Part shown: positions 28,909-39,705 of the stretch, in pieces
Numbering within the stretch: the stretch's first letter is position 1
Layout of the letters: each line of letters starts with the position of its first letter
IMG/VR virus record: IMGVR_UViG_3300033076_000935
Coordinates: 1-62,015 of that record
Strand: one strand, 5' to 3'
Origin: a virus
Taxonomy: Duplodnaviria > Caudoviricetes
Length of the DNA stretch: 62,015 nt
Made by a program: the position numbers and the translations under genes
Notes under the pieces: model-generated
Seen by the model: the letters and a program-made list of their open reading frames with translations, nothing else
The model's database searches: none
Told to the model about the DNA's origin: nothing

Positions 28909-29681
28909 AAAGTTGCTTCTTGTTCCCAGTTAATAAAATAAGGTAACCATTTTTCTTCAGCATGAGCCGAGTAGCTAGGGATTGGGCTTAGTAATTCCTT
29001 TCCTTTTGCTTTTAGTAAATTAAATGTGACGCCACCCATCGGTAAAGGCTTACCGTTATGTAATGCAAAAATTTCATCATAGTCTTCTTGAACATTCTTA
29101 GCAGTAGTAGCCCATGTCATAGTAGTACTCCCAACCGTTCTCCAGTGTGTAGACTTACTTACGTAAATTTTACTTTCTATACCTCTACCGTAAATCACTC
29201 CAGGCTTCCTTACACCGTTTTCATCAACATCAACTAAACCATGTCCCCAAGTGTATCTAGGATCTTTTGTATCCTGGTACTTGTCTGGATGATCATATAA
29301 GGTAACATAATCTGCTTTCAAGTCTTCAAATGCTTCTAGTAGAATACTACGTGCACCTGTTCTATGAATATAATCATCTTCTAAAAAGTAAAAGACTGTG
29401 TCTTCTGGACATCCGTCCTTTATAATAGTGTGAGCTAATTGCCAGCTAGCTAAAAATGATCCGGTGTTACCGTTATTCGTTAAGTATATGTTTTGAGGAT
29501 TTACATACTTCTGAACCATTTCGTATGTTTCTTTAGAGACGTTATCACAAAGTACTACAAGGTTCTTATTTGTGAATTCTCTAACATAGACTCTCAAGCA
29601 GTTCTCCTTACTTGCATAAGAAGGTTTTACTTTTTCTGCGTTACTGTAATCACTTATTCTATATATTGTTACTAGATTCAT
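28905..29681 (-). CDS. Glycosyltransferase (GT-A fold)
   Basis: YFLEDDYIH, LYDHPDKY, STTMT. Confidence 0.7.
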   Translation of the reverse strand: MNLVTIYRISDYSNAEKVKPSYASKENCLRVYVREFTNKNLVVLCDNVSKETYEMVQKYVNPQNIYLTNNGNTGSFLASWQLAHTIIKDGCPEDTVFYFLEDDYIHRTGARSILLEAFEDLKADYVTLYDHPDKYQDTKDPRYTWGHGLVDVDENGVRKPGVIYGRGIESKIYVSKSTHWRTVGSTTMTWATTAKNVQEDYDEIFALHNGKPLPMGGVTFNLLKAKGKELLSPIPSYSAHAEEKWLPYFINWEQEATL

Positions 29682-30552
29682 ATACTTGTTTTAAAAACGT
29701 CATCATTGCTTCTTCACTCTTTTTTGCGTAGATCTTAAAGAGGTCGTCATTACGGGTAGCCGAAGTATTAACTCTCTTTTTTGGATGCCAGTAGTTATGT
29801 CCCTTAAGTCTAGTTGTTACACATATCTGCGGGATTAGTTTGGCTTTAAAAAAATGCTCTGCACAAGTATCTTCTCGTACAAAATGCATATCAGCAGGTA
29901 TCCAAGGATAAGGAACTCCTTGAGAAATACATAAAAGAGATCCATCTATTTTTAACGGAACTTGCTGTAACTCTATATCACTCTGCTGGTTAAAAGCATT
30001 TAGTTGATCTTGTGTTATAACATCTTTGTATTTGAAAGGCGACTTTAATAACTCAATACAATCTTCTCTATGAGTTGTACCGCATTGACACGGTTTACTA
30101 TATCCTTGTAAGTTTTTATGAGTCACTATATCCCAACTATTATCCCACATCGGTCTAGAAGCAAATGTCACTAAATGCGGACCCTCTATAACTAATTGCT
30201 GTAGTATGTAAAAGAAATCAACTGGTAGTAATGTGTCAGACTCTCCCCAAACTACATACTTAGCATCTTGATCGTAAGTCTCTCTTCTCCAATCTGCGAT
30301 ATTATAAAAAGAGTGGCTATCGTCTTTGTAGTAAACTTCTGCTTTCTTAAGTAAAGGATGGCTTATGAATTTATCGACCATTTCGTCAACAGTACCTACT
30401 TCAGGTTTCTCTAAATAAGTCTGCTTGTTTATACAGAATTTTAATTGTACATCTGATTGAGATGCTTGATCTAAAGCAGCTTGGATTGAATCTAAGGTTT
30501 CATTAACCATTTCGGATTCATACCACATTATGTGCATCTGGAATAATATCAT
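29659..30552 (-). CDS. Putative glycosyltransferase
   Basis: WGESD, REDT; located in the GT cluster. Confidence 0.5.
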   Translation of the reverse strand: MILFQMHIMWYESEMVNETLDSIQAALDQASQSDVQLKFCINKQTYLEKPEVGTVDEMVDKFISHPLLKKAEVYYKDDSHSFYNIADWRRETYDQDAKYVVWGESDTLLPVDFFYILQQLVIEGPHLVTFASRPMWDNSWDIVTHKNLQGYSKPCQCGTTHREDCIELLKSPFKYKDVITQDQLNAFNQQSDIELQQVPLKIDGSLLCISQGVPYPWIPADMHFVREDTCAEHFFKAKLIPQICVTTRLKGHNYWHPKKRVNTSATRNDDLFKIYAKKSEEAMMTFLKQVYESSNNI

Positions 30553-31352
30553 AACTGAGCTAAAGTAATTCTTTCAAACCTTTTATCGGCTGGGTTTGAT
30601 TCTGATAAGATACGAACTTTAATTTGATTCTCCAAGAACCAATCATACATACTTTCCGTACATTCTACGGTATTTAAAAGTTCTTCGTATTCTGGTCCGC
30701 CGCCAACTACTCCTTCTTTGTATAAAGATTTAGCATGTTGGTCCAACCAATTAGGGTCTACTGCCATTAAATTCTTGGAAGGGTACTTACTTAGGTCGCC
30801 AATATCCCACCCAATTGTTACTATTTCTGTACATCCTAAATGTAATGCTAATGGAAAGCCAGATTCATACATTATACCAGGTCCCCATATTAACTTTCCT
30901 TCGTTGTATAATTTCCAGTTATCAAAATTTCTAGTATAAGCTGTTGATTGATTCTTCTGAACCCAAGGGGTTGAGTAAACCGGTATTGCTAAATCTATAC
31001 GCTGATCCCAGCTTTCTATCCTGTCTAACTCCCCTTGTATATTCATAGCAGTTAGCTGCCAGTGTCTTATAGTATCTTCAGAATAATAAGAATAAGGTTG
31101 GTAGTTGTAGACAGAAACTAGATGGAAATCAGTTACTTCTTTAACATATTCATAAGCCTGCTTACAGGCAATAACTAACTTACCTTCTAACTTAGACAAC
31201 AACTCTTCTCTATCATGAGAAGTTAATGTAGGTCCACATGTTACCAAATAAGCTGTTTCACCTTTATAAGCATCTTTAATAGCTTCGATTCTTTTGAGAG
31301 AATCTTCAAGGTTTCTAATATCTTTACGTAAGTCTGGGGTTTTTATGTGCAT
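30549..31352 (-). CDS. DUF115/Maf-like putative nonulosonate transferase
   Basis: YKGETAYLVTCGPTL...ALHLGCTEIVTIGWD. Confidence 0.6.
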   Translation of the reverse strand: MHIKTPDLRKDIRNLEDSLKRIEAIKDAYKGETAYLVTCGPTLTSHDREELLSKLEGKLVIACKQAYEYVKEVTDFHLVSVYNYQPYSYYSEDTIRHWQLTAMNIQGELDRIESWDQRIDLAIPVYSTPWVQKNQSTAYTRNFDNWKLYNEGKLIWGPGIMYESGFPLALHLGCTEIVTIGWDIGDLSKYPSKNLMAVDPNWLDQHAKSLYKEGVVGGGPEYEELLNTVECTESMYDWFLENQIKVRILSESNPADKRFERITLAQL

Positions 31353-31353
31353 A

Positions 31354-32085
31354 TTATCCTCTTTCGGTGATGATAAAGTTACGAAATTTAATTCGATACT
31401 CAGGAAGAATTACATTAAAATCTTCCAGATGTTTTTTCATAATATTCTCTGGACCTATATTAGAAAATCTTTCAACTGTAAAATATTGTTGCATGTAGTG
31501 GTATATATCACAGTAATAATCCATCGCCTTAGACGAGCCGGCTGCTAGTAAATCACAGTAACCGCCGAAGCCAAATCCCTTTGGTATTATAATATCATTA
31601 TCAGTGTATTCCGGAACTTTAAACTCATCTAAAAACTGTAAATCAAATCTACTTTTTATAACAAGGTCGTATTTGAATTCATGTAACTTTTCATACTCTT
31701 TTTTTAACTGGTTAGCAGTGTAGACTTTATACCACATTCCTTCTATATTGAATAAATTAACCCATGGTCTCTGAAAGTTTAATTCATTAATAGGTATTGT
31801 GTTTTCAATTTCTTGCTGTCTCCTGGTGAAAAGATCTTTTACAGTTCTGCTATAATCTTCCAATAAGAAAGATGCAGGGTTGTACATTTCAATAATATCC
31901 GATATTGAAGAATCATCAGGAGGGCCTTGAGTAGCTAGATTAACACTATTGATGATTGTACCGGGGTTATGCCAAGAGCTAATAAAAATATCAGGTTGGT
32001 AAACGTCTAGTATATGTTCTTTTATAGAAGGAAAGCATTCTTTAGCATTTCGATACTGTCCTTGCAACAGTAAAGCTACTCTCAT
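31354..32085 (-). CDS. Putative glycan-modifying enzyme
   Basis: MRVALLLQGQYR, YDLVIKSRFDL, D...G...M..Y, PE. Confidence 0.5.
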   Translation of the reverse strand: MRVALLLQGQYRNAKECFPSIKEHILDVYQPDIFISSWHNPGTIINSVNLATQGPPDDSSISDIIEMYNPASFLLEDYSRTVKDLFTRRQQEIENTIPINELNFQRPWVNLFNIEGMWYKVYTANQLKKEYEKLHEFKYDLVIKSRFDLQFLDEFKVPEYTDNDIIIPKGFGFGGYCDLLAAGSSKAMDYYCDIYHYMQQYFTVERFSNIGPENIMKKHLEDFNVILPEYRIKFRNFIITERG

Positions 32086-32774
32086 TTCTTAAACTGGTTG
32101 TATAGTAATTCTCCTACTGTAAATTGCCATTCGTAGTCAATATCAAAAGCTTCTAGTTCTGGCATTGTCATTAACTTAATACCACCTTCAGCTTGAAAGT
32201 CCCCCATAAATCTATCTTCTGCAATTAGATCCATTTTTGAAGCATATAAAACATGGGCAGCTTCGTAAGTAGGTTCTACTGCTTTAGTATTCATTATGGT
32301 CTGACCTTCAGGCCAAGGTGTTACAAGTGCACCTTCTTTATTCCAGTAGTACTGTTTCTTTTCAATAACTGCAAAGAGATTCTCCTCTTCTTGGGTTAAG
32401 AATTGAGTAACAAACTTATCAATAGTTTCTACTGTCAGTAAAGGGTTACATCCTGATACTATGATAACGTACTTGTATGGGATTGGTAACTTATTATGCC
32501 ATTCGTAAATGGTTTGTAGACTGTTATCGTTGTTAGCAGACTCATAACTTCTAGGAAATACGTAAATACCTTTATTAGAAGCAATCTGTGCTAGTTCTGA
32601 TTCATGTACCGAAGCTATAATATTGTTTCGAGGTATAACTGTAGATTTAAGTAACTTGTCTAAAACTAAATCAAATAAGGAAGTACCTGCAAATGGTCTA
32701 ATCATCTTTTGAGGTACTCTCTGACTATTAAGTCTTGACTGTACAATAATTGCGACGTCTTTTATATCTTTCAT
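32082..32774 (-). CDS. neuA: Acylneuraminate (CMP-nonulosonate) cytidylyltransferase
   Basis: SRLNSQRVPQKMIRPF, DIDYEWQF. Confidence 0.8.
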   Translation of the reverse strand: MKDIKDVAIIVQSRLNSQRVPQKMIRPFAGTSLFDLVLDKLLKSTVIPRNNIIASVHESELAQIASNKGIYVFPRSYESANNDNSLQTIYEWHNKLPIPYKYVIIVSGCNPLLTVETIDKFVTQFLTQEEENLFAVIEKKQYYWNKEGALVTPWPEGQTIMNTKAVEPTYEAAHVLYASKMDLIAEDRFMGDFQAEGGIKLMTMPELEAFDIDYEWQFTVGELLYNQFKK

Positions 32775-33463
32775 AACAGTTGTTTTATATTTTCCGGTAA
32801 TGGGTTTATATCTTTAGATACAAAGCTAGGGATATTATGCGATTGAGCCATTTCTCCTAGATTGTAAAAAGTTGTGTATTTAAAATCTCTATTTATTCTA
32901 GTTAAAAATCCTGTAATTCCGTCATAGTACATTTCGTACTTATTCTTAACTGCTCCTTCTCTTAATCCTGGTTCTTTTGTGAAAGCATGTCTATTTTTCA
33001 TATCAGGATCAAATCCATCAATACCTACGTAGTATATATCTGAGATCCCTATATTAGCTGCTAGTAACATTAAGCGTCCTGGAGGACCTATTAACCCCAC
33101 ATACTCCTTATCATTGCGTCCGAAGTAGTACCTTCCTTTAAATCTCTCCAAGAATGCTTGGTTCTCTGTAAGGGTCTTGTCATACAGGTACTCTAATTCA
33201 AATAAGATTTTACACTCATCATTTACAGTTAAATACTTTAATAAGTCTTCATTCTTAAAGTTAACTAAATTACCTAGCGCTACTAAATCAAACTTAGTAT
33301 TTAGAGTTCTTTCATTAAGATAAAAATCATTACAAGTCCAGATATAATCTGTCTTAATATTCTCCCACTTAACTTCATTTGTGGAAGGACCGCCGCCTAC
33401 AATTAGAAGAGAACTTCCAGAGTAGTTGTCGTAGTTAAAATTTTCATCAATTAAGTATTGCAT
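32771..33463 (-). CDS. Sialyltransferase-like protein (Cst/GT42-like fold)
   Basis: IVGGGPS, CNDFY, IYYVGIDG. Confidence 0.6.
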   Translation of the reverse strand: MQYLIDENFNYDNYSGSSLLIVGGGPSTNEVKWENIKTDYIWTCNDFYLNERTLNTKFDLVALGNLVNFKNEDLLKYLTVNDECKILFELEYLYDKTLTENQAFLERFKGRYYFGRNDKEYVGLIGPPGRLMLLAANIGISDIYYVGIDGFDPDMKNRHAFTKEPGLREGAVKNKYEMYYDGITGFLTRINRDFKYTTFYNLGEMAQSHNIPSFVSKDINPLPENIKQLL

Positions 33464-34506
33464 TAACTTAGTAGTGTATTTGCTTTATAGTTTTGTGAAG
33501 CCGGTTTACCTACAAACATATGACGGTGTTGCCATTTTAATCCGTCACCTGGGCTAATCATATGTAAATCCTCTTCTCTAATAATTTCACCTTTTAGTTT
33601 ATCTACTTTTAAAGCTAAGGATCTTTCTAACTTATTCTTAGCACTTTCTACTACAGGATCTCTTACAATATCATAAACTCCAAAAGACAAATCTAATGTT
33701 CTGATATCATGAACCATTTCAAAAAAGGTTTCTATATCTGCTGAACCAGCATGATCAGTTCCTTTCATATTACGGTCTAATGTAACGTGCTTTTCAATAA
33801 TCTTTGCTCCTAAAGCAACAGCAGCTACAGGTATATGAGTTCCTAAACTATGATCTGAATACCCAATCTCGATACTGCCGAATTTACCTTGTAAGTACGG
33901 TATTGTGTTTAGGTTAACTTTCTCATACTCTGCTGGGTACTGAGACAGACAGTGTAGAATTGAATAATTCTTTTTTCCTTCTGATTCAAATACGGTAGTA
34001 GCATGAACCAAATCCATCATATCAGCCATTCCTGTAGAAAGTATAACCGGTTCTGGTCTCTTTGCTAACGCTTTAAGTAAAGGGATGTTTGTAAGGTCTC
34101 TAGAAGCTACTTTAATCTTATCAACTTCAACCATATCTAACAGTTGTAAAGTCTTAACTGAGCATAATGTCTCTACAAGGTCAAAACCTTTGCTCTTAAT
34201 ATAGTTACCCAGTTCAACATGATCTTCATAACTAAGTTCTAAAAACTCTCTATGTTCGCCGTAGGTAGCACCAAAGGAATGTTTTCCGGTATAAGGTTTA
34301 CTCATACCTTCAGCAGATAATTCTTCAGATAAATCTCTCTTAGTAAGTTTAATTCCGTTTACTTTATTTAAACGGTTACCTGTGATTTCATCGTAAGGGT
34401 ATCTATCTAACTGATCAATAATTTTCTTAGCAATTTGGACATCCCCGTTATGGTTCTGTCCAATCTCTGCTATAATATAAGTTTCGTTTTGTGATACTTT
34501 TAACAT
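33463..34506 (-). CDS. neuB: Nonulosonic acid synthase with SAF domain
   Basis: IIAEIGQNHNGD, LSTGM, LHC.S.YP, GYSDH, IEKH.TLD. Confidence 0.9.
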   Translation of the reverse strand: MLKVSQNETYIIAEIGQNHNGDVQIAKKIIDQLDRYPYDEITGNRLNKVNGIKLTKRDLSEELSAEGMSKPYTGKHSFGATYGEHREFLELSYEDHVELGNYIKSKGFDLVETLCSVKTLQLLDMVEVDKIKVASRDLTNIPLLKALAKRPEPVILSTGMADMMDLVHATTVFESEGKKNYSILHCLSQYPAEYEKVNLNTIPYLQGKFGSIEIGYSDHSLGTHIPVAAVALGAKIIEKHVTLDRNMKGTDHAGSADIETFFEMVHDIRTLDLSFGVYDIVRDPVVESAKNKLERSLALKVDKLKGEIIREEDLHMISPGDGLKWQHRHMFVGKPASQNYKANTLLS

Positions 34507-35357
34507 TAACCTCTCAATTTAGCTCTTACAGGCTTTTCAGATTCGGTAACCTGTATAACACCGTCGCCATAAGCTTGTTCTAATTCTCTAATACCACTTA
34601 CAAGTTTAAAGAGTCCTTGTGGTTCTACCGATGCTAAATGATCAGAACCCCACATTTGTCTATCTAATGTAATATGTCGTTCGATAATAGAAGCTCCTAA
34701 GTATACAGATGCTACTGTTGTTCCTAATCTAAACTCATGACCTGAATATCCGATTTCGAAATCAGGGTACTTTTCAATCAAAGTTTTAATACCTGATAAG
34801 TTTAACTCGTTGATAGGAGCAGGGTATGTAGAGTTACAATGTAATAACCCAATTGGATGAGGATTGTTGTACTTTGCTTTAGCATTTCTTAATACTTCTA
34901 CGGCATGGTCAATTTCTTCAACCGTAGACATACCTGTTGAAAAGATAACTCGTTTACCAGATGCTACACATCCTTCTAACAATTCATCATTTGTCAACAT
35001 AGCAGACGGCACCTTAAGAAAAGGTACATTATACTCTTTTAAGAACTCTAAAGAATCCATATCCCAAGGAGATGCAGACCATTCAATACCGTGCGCTTCA
35101 CAATGAGCTGCAATAGCGTTATACTCTGGATATCCAAATTCTACTTTGTACTTATAATCTAGATATGTCATTTGACCCCATGGAGTATCTCTCATTACAT
35201 TCTTCTGATGTTCTGGTACACATACGTCTGGGTTTCTTTTCTGAAACTTAACTGCATCACAACCTGCTGCGGCTGCAATATCAATAAGTCTTAATGCGTT
35301 TTTAAGGTCACCGTTGTGGTTAATACCAATCTCGGCAATGATGTAAGTCTTTTTCAT
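34506..35357 (-). CDS. neuB: Second nonulosonic acid synthase (no SAF domain)
   Basis: IIAEIGINHNGD, VKFQKR, LHCNSTYP, GYSGHE, IERHITLD; start at MKKTY. Confidence 0.9.
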   Translation of the reverse strand: MKKTYIIAEIGINHNGDLKNALRLIDIAAAAGCDAVKFQKRNPDVCVPEHQKNVMRDTPWGQMTYLDYKYKVEFGYPEYNAIAAHCEAHGIEWSASPWDMDSLEFLKEYNVPFLKVPSAMLTNDELLEGCVASGKRVIFSTGMSTVEEIDHAVEVLRNAKAKYNNPHPIGLLHCNSTYPAPINELNLSGIKTLIEKYPDFEIGYSGHEFRLGTTVASVYLGASIIERHITLDRQMWGSDHLASVEPQGLFKLVSGIRELEQAYGDGVIQVTESEKPVRAKLRG

Positions 35358-35370
35358 ATACTTAATATAA

Positions 35371-35673
35371 CTAAATTTCTTCAATTCTCCTACTTTTATC
35401 ACAGATAATTAAATCGTAAGCAGGTTTTTCTCCTACAATTAGGTGATGGAATTTTGCACCCCATGCGTTTAATTGATAGAGGGTTAGATCTTCATACTCC
35501 GGAATCCTGTCTCTATGCACTGTCCCTCTTGCAGTCCAGTACGTAATAGTATTTCCTTCGTCGTAAAGTTTATTGATTTTTTCTATATTCTCAGGAATAC
35601 CGATTGCGTACTGATATTCTCTTTCTCCTTCGTAATAACATATCGTTTCATCGATATCTACGTATATATTCAT
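35371..35673 (-). CDS. Small HAD-family phosphatase
   Basis: DIDETI (DxDxT), WTARG, KP.YD..ICDK. Confidence 0.8.
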   Translation of the reverse strand: MNIYVDIDETICYYEGEREYQYAIGIPENIEKINKLYDEGNTITYWTARGTVHRDRIPEYEDLTLYQLNAWGAKFHHLIVGEKPAYDLIICDKSRRIEEI

Positions 35674-35675
35674 AA

Positions 35676-36302
35676 CTATAAAGTTTCGTAATAACTATTT
35701 TGTCTCTCTTGACGAACTATATCTTTAGGGTGGTAAAGACTATATTCTTCCTCTAACGGTAAACAAGCATAAGTTTTAAATCCTTCTAACCTCTCATGTA
35801 CTTTATTAACCCATCTAATAGAAGGATCTTTTCTGTAAATACGCCATTGACAATCTGGGAAGTTTACCCATCCTTTTTCATCAACTCTCCAACCCCACTT
35901 CTTAATATGAGCTTCTGTTAAACCCTCTACTGTGTTTACTCTAGGTACTAAGATTACATCTACTCCTCCTGATTGTTCTAAGATAGCAGGTAAAGTGTCA
36001 ATTAGAGATTCATTTGGCATTTCATCTGCATCAATCTGAAAGATATAATCTCCTTCGCAGTAATCTGTTAACTTATTCTTCCAATTAGCAAAATGTCCGT
36101 TAAAATCAAACCCTCTCCAGAACTGTACATTTGGTTTAATATTGAAAGGTTTTAAGAACTCCGTTACTGCTTCGTCTCCGTTATCTTGATCATATAAAAC
36201 TACAATCTCATCCTGAGGTCTTTTCTTTTTCAGTAAGAAAGGAACTAACCGTTGTATTTCGGCTAGCTCATCCTTAACTGTTATTGCATAACTGATTTTC
36301 AT
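35676..36302 (-). CDS. Glycosyltransferase family 2
   Basis: FQIDADE, PD.Q.R, W...VHE. Confidence 0.85.
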   Translation of the reverse strand: MKISYAITVKDELAEIQRLVPFLLKKKRPQDEIVVLYDQDNGDEAVTEFLKPFNIKPNVQFWRGFDFNGHFANWKNKLTDYCEGDYIFQIDADEMPNESLIDTLPAILEQSGGVDVILVPRVNTVEGLTEAHIKKWGWRVDEKGWVNFPDCQWRIYRKDPSIRWVNKVHERLEGFKTYACLPLEEEYSLYHPKDIVRQERQNSYYETL

Positions 36303-36305
36303 ATA

Positions 36306-36746
36306 CTAGACTAATTGAAAGAATCCAATATACTCTAATGCATCCATAAAATCCCTTTGTCCAAAATGCTTTACATTTTGCATATCCATCTTAAAGGTTT
36401 GTCCTTTTGGGAAGGTTTTTAGTTCTTCTTCTGTTAAAGGAATTGCTTTAACACCAGCCCAAGCCCATTCTTTAGAATTAACACCATCGATAAATGCCAT
36501 TCCTTTTTCTGGAAGAGTGATAGTGGCTGGAAGCCAAGCTCGGTTATCACTATCCACAAACTTTAAATCTTTGTAAAGTTCTGGTGCAGTAGCGATTGCG
36601 TCAATAACAGCTTTACTTTCATTCATCATTACTGTTGATGTTGTAAACCCGCAAGCCATACACAACCACGTTTTAGTGTTATCGTCGATATGCTGTTCGT
36701 AGCAAGCATTACCTTCACATCTCTTACATGTTACTAAGTTATCCAT
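36306..36746 (-). CDS. Zinc-ribbon hypothetical protein
   Basis: CKRC...CMACG. Confidence 0.6.
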   Translation of the reverse strand: MDNLVTCKRCEGNACYEQHIDDNTKTWLCMACGFTTSTVMMNESKAVIDAIATAPELYKDLKFVDSDNRAWLPATITLPEKGMAFIDGVNSKEWAWAGVKAIPLTEEELKTFPKGQTFKMDMQNVKHFGQRDFMDALEYIGFFQLV

Positions 36747-36747
36747 A

Positions 36748-38022
36748 TTAGTCTATTTTTTCTAGTTTTGGTAAATTTAATTTAGGTAGAACTAATTCTA
36801 TCTTTTTAGGAAATTCAGGTACGTATTTAGTAAGTAGGTTATCTAACTCCGCTTTCATCTTACTGTAGTTGAAATTATTCCTATTTCTATAACCTAACTT
36901 CTTAGCATCTACTCTAAATTTATCATAGTTCTTGTGAAGTTCCTTCATTGCTGCAACTGCATGATTTTCGTAAGGGAAAAACCAAGAACTTTCTTCTATT
37001 AATACGTCTTTTACTACTGAGGATCTATGTAATTGTTTTAACTCTCCTCCAATAAGTAAAGATAACTCTTTATCTAGGAAATCTGCTTGACCTGACCAAG
37101 CTGAGGCTATGATAGGTTTATTTACTAAGCTGAATTCTAATAAAGGTCTTCCAAAACCTTCACCTTTTGTTAAGCTAATCATAGCTTTAACTTTAGCATT
37201 ATTGTACAACTCATTCATCTCTTCATCTGATAATTCTCCGTGTATTACGTATACGTTAGGTAAATTACCTTTTACGTCATTTCGGATTTTATCGATATTA
37301 TTTAAAATAACATCTCTATCTAGAATAGAAGTTGTTGCTGAGTTTGTTTTTAAAATTAATGCAGGTGGGTTTGGTTTATTTTTAAAAGCTTCAAAGAATA
37401 ACTTAACTGTTAATCCTATATTCTTTCTATCATGACCTAAAGCGCCATGCATCCAATGCCCTACTACTAAGAAGCAGAAGTTTTCTGGTATATCTTTTAG
37501 GTTAAATTTAGCAGGTAACTCTAACGGACGGTACTTATCTGTATCTGCTCCTTCAAATAGAATCTCACAAGGTTTCTCTAAGGAAATCTTCTGCTTCATT
37601 CCTGTATTACTATCTATCATCTCATATAGAGATTCATCAAATACAGTCTTAGAATGTTTAGAAGATGTAAGAACTAAATCCATTACATTACATCCCATTA
37701 TCCATTGAGGAGCTGCTAGAGTAGTTTCAATCCCAGCAGTTACTCCTATATTGTACTTACCTACTTTTTGAAACTCATTAGGTACTGTTATCTGAATCCA
37801 GATATCAGGCTGAGCTGTTAATTCTGGTATGATTAGAGTAGATAAATCATCTCGTTTATGATCATCTAAATAACCTGCTCTTGTGTTACCCCAACGTTGT
37901 GATAATATACGTACATCGTATTTATTCAACTCAATTAAAGCTTGTACAAAATCTCTTGATCTTGCTCCGTAACCGCTGTAGGTATCAACCGGGCAGCTTA
38001 CTACAACCGATGGCTTACTCAT
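36748..38022 (-). CDS. Glycosyltransferase (GT-B, GT4-like)
   Basis: SGYG, RKN, GEGFGRPLLE. Confidence 0.85.
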   Translation of the reverse strand: MSKPSVVVSCPVDTYSGYGARSRDFVQALIELNKYDVRILSQRWGNTRAGYLDDHKRDDLSTLIIPELTAQPDIWIQITVPNEFQKVGKYNIGVTAGIETTLAAPQWIMGCNVMDLVLTSSKHSKTVFDESLYEMIDSNTGMKQKISLEKPCEILFEGADTDKYRPLELPAKFNLKDIPENFCFLVVGHWMHGALGHDRKNIGLTVKLFFEAFKNKPNPPALILKTNSATTSILDRDVILNNIDKIRNDVKGNLPNVYVIHGELSDEEMNELYNNAKVKAMISLTKGEGFGRPLLEFSLVNKPIIASAWSGQADFLDKELSLLIGGELKQLHRSSVVKDVLIEESSWFFPYENHAVAAMKELHKNYDKFRVDAKKLGYRNRNNFNYSKMKAELDNLLTKYVPEFPKKIELVLPKLNLPKLEKID

Positions 38023-39469
38023 ATGTGTAATCTCTTAATTTGTGTTTAATATATTTTGTAGGAATTTTTTCTGATTTAATCAAATCATACTTAGATCTAG
38101 GTACAAACTTTTCAAAAGCTTCTTCCATTGCAGCTGATATGTTTTTCCCCATATTTTCTGCTGACATCATTGCTTCATCTGATAATACCCATTCACGTCC
38201 TTTTAATCCTTTTGCTTTTCTTTCTTCTGGTGTCAAGTTGTACACCTGTTCAATAGCTTTTGCTATATCTTCAGCACTACATCTATCGTCAAAGATATAA
38301 GGTGTTGCTGGTGATCCTACTACTGATAATGTAGAAGGGAATACAGGTACTGCCCATTCACCATGCTCTTTGATAGTTCCTCTATGATTAGAAGGAAAAT
38401 CAGGAGTAAAATCTACCCACTTACCGTCTTTAGAGAATCTCATTTGATCTTGCATACCTCCTGTGGTATTAGCAATAATCATCGTACCAGCCATCATAGA
38501 CTCTGTTAAAGATAATCCCCATCCTTCGTTAGAAGAAGGAAGTACTGTAACGTCTGCTAAATTGTAAAGTAGGTTTAGTTGTGCAGTATGTAATCTATCT
38601 GCTGAAAAGAATACGTTTACATATTCAGGATCGCATAGAGCTTCTTTTACTGCTGCTAGGTCTGTTCCGTTATCATCAACTACTTGAGTATGCATAACTA
38701 AGGCACATTTTTTAGCAGCTTCTTTACCAATACTGTCACAGAAGAATCTATAAGCTAGTACTAAATCTTCTACTTTCTTTCTATGAATATTTCTAGAGTT
38801 GAAGAAAACTACGTACTGTATATCTTTTCCTTTAAATACTTCTTTCTTAAACTCTTGGAATTGTTTAAACTCTTCGAAATTTTCATCAATAGGGAAGAAA
38901 TACTTTTCATTAACTCCATGAGGAGTATACTTAATAACTTTATCTGCAGCTTTATCTTCTAATACTAACTCGTTGATAAGTTTAGTCTGCTTTGAAATAG
39001 CCATCAACAAATCTACAGATTCGTAATAAGGTCTATTGTATAGAGGTGCTGGATAATCGTCCCAGATGTTTAAGTAGAAAATAGGTATTTTGGATCTAAT
39101 CTCTCTCTCCATATCAAAAAGCCATACCCAGTATCTAGGGTCTGTAAAGATAAAGATTGCATCCGGTTTTTCTGTTTTCAATAAACTTCTAATTTTATCC
39201 GGATTTCCGTAACCTGTACTTGGTATAACTCGGACAGAGCTATCTGTTAAACCTGTCTCTTTATTAGTATCTTCTGAAAGATCAATTATAACTCCTTCTT
39301 CTTGATGCCTAACAGCGGCTCCTAAATTTACCCAATTGTACTTATGGGCTGTTGCCAATACAATTTCTTTTGCCATAGTACCGACACCTGAATGTACCCT
39401 GATGTCATCACAAAGAAGTAAAATCTTTTTACGTTCTTCTTGTTTTAAATAACCGATTTTTTCTTGCAT
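38015..39469 (-). CDS. Glycosyltransferase (GT-B, GT4-like)
   Basis: HSGVG, PHGV, RN..RK, NEGWGLSLTES. Confidence 0.85.
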   Translation of the reverse strand: MQEKIGYLKQEERKKILLLCDDIRVHSGVGTMAKEIVLATAHKYNWVNLGAAVRHQEEGVIIDLSEDTNKETGLTDSSVRVIPSTGYGNPDKIRSLLKTEKPDAIFIFTDPRYWVWLFDMEREIRSKIPIFYLNIWDDYPAPLYNRPYYESVDLLMAISKQTKLINELVLEDKAADKVIKYTPHGVNEKYFFPIDENFEEFKQFQEFKKEVFKGKDIQYVVFFNSRNIHRKKVEDLVLAYRFFCDSIGKEAAKKCALVMHTQVVDDNGTDLAAVKEALCDPEYVNVFFSADRLHTAQLNLLYNLADVTVLPSSNEGWGLSLTESMMAGTMIIANTTGGMQDQMRFSKDGKWVDFTPDFPSNHRGTIKEHGEWAVPVFPSTLSVVGSPATPYIFDDRCSAEDIAKAIEQVYNLTPEERKAKGLKGREWVLSDEAMMSAENMGKNISAAMEEAFEKFVPRSKYDLIKSEKIPTKYIKHKLRDYTYE

Positions 39470-39663
39470 TATTGTTCTTTTACTTTTGTGTCTGTTTGCT
39501 GATGTATTAAATCTCTAAACTCCTTATTATTAATATAAAGAAAAATTGCACGTGAAGCAAGTTTTTGAAAAGAAAATTTATACTTTACGCAAGTAAATTT
39601 AAACTCTTGAAGAAGATTTTCTTCTAACTGAACTGTTGTTAGTTTTTTTGAACCATTACTCAT
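39469..39663 (-). CDS. Small ribbon-helix-helix-like DNA-binding protein
   Basis: KLTTVQL beta strand followed by two helices. Confidence 0.5.
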   Translation of the reverse strand: MSNGSKKLTTVQLEENLLQEFKFTCVKYKFSFQKLASRAIFLYINNKEFRDLIHQQTDTKVKEQ

Positions 39664-39705
39664 AACTTATATTATTATATACATATATAAATATATACTA
39701 ACTAC

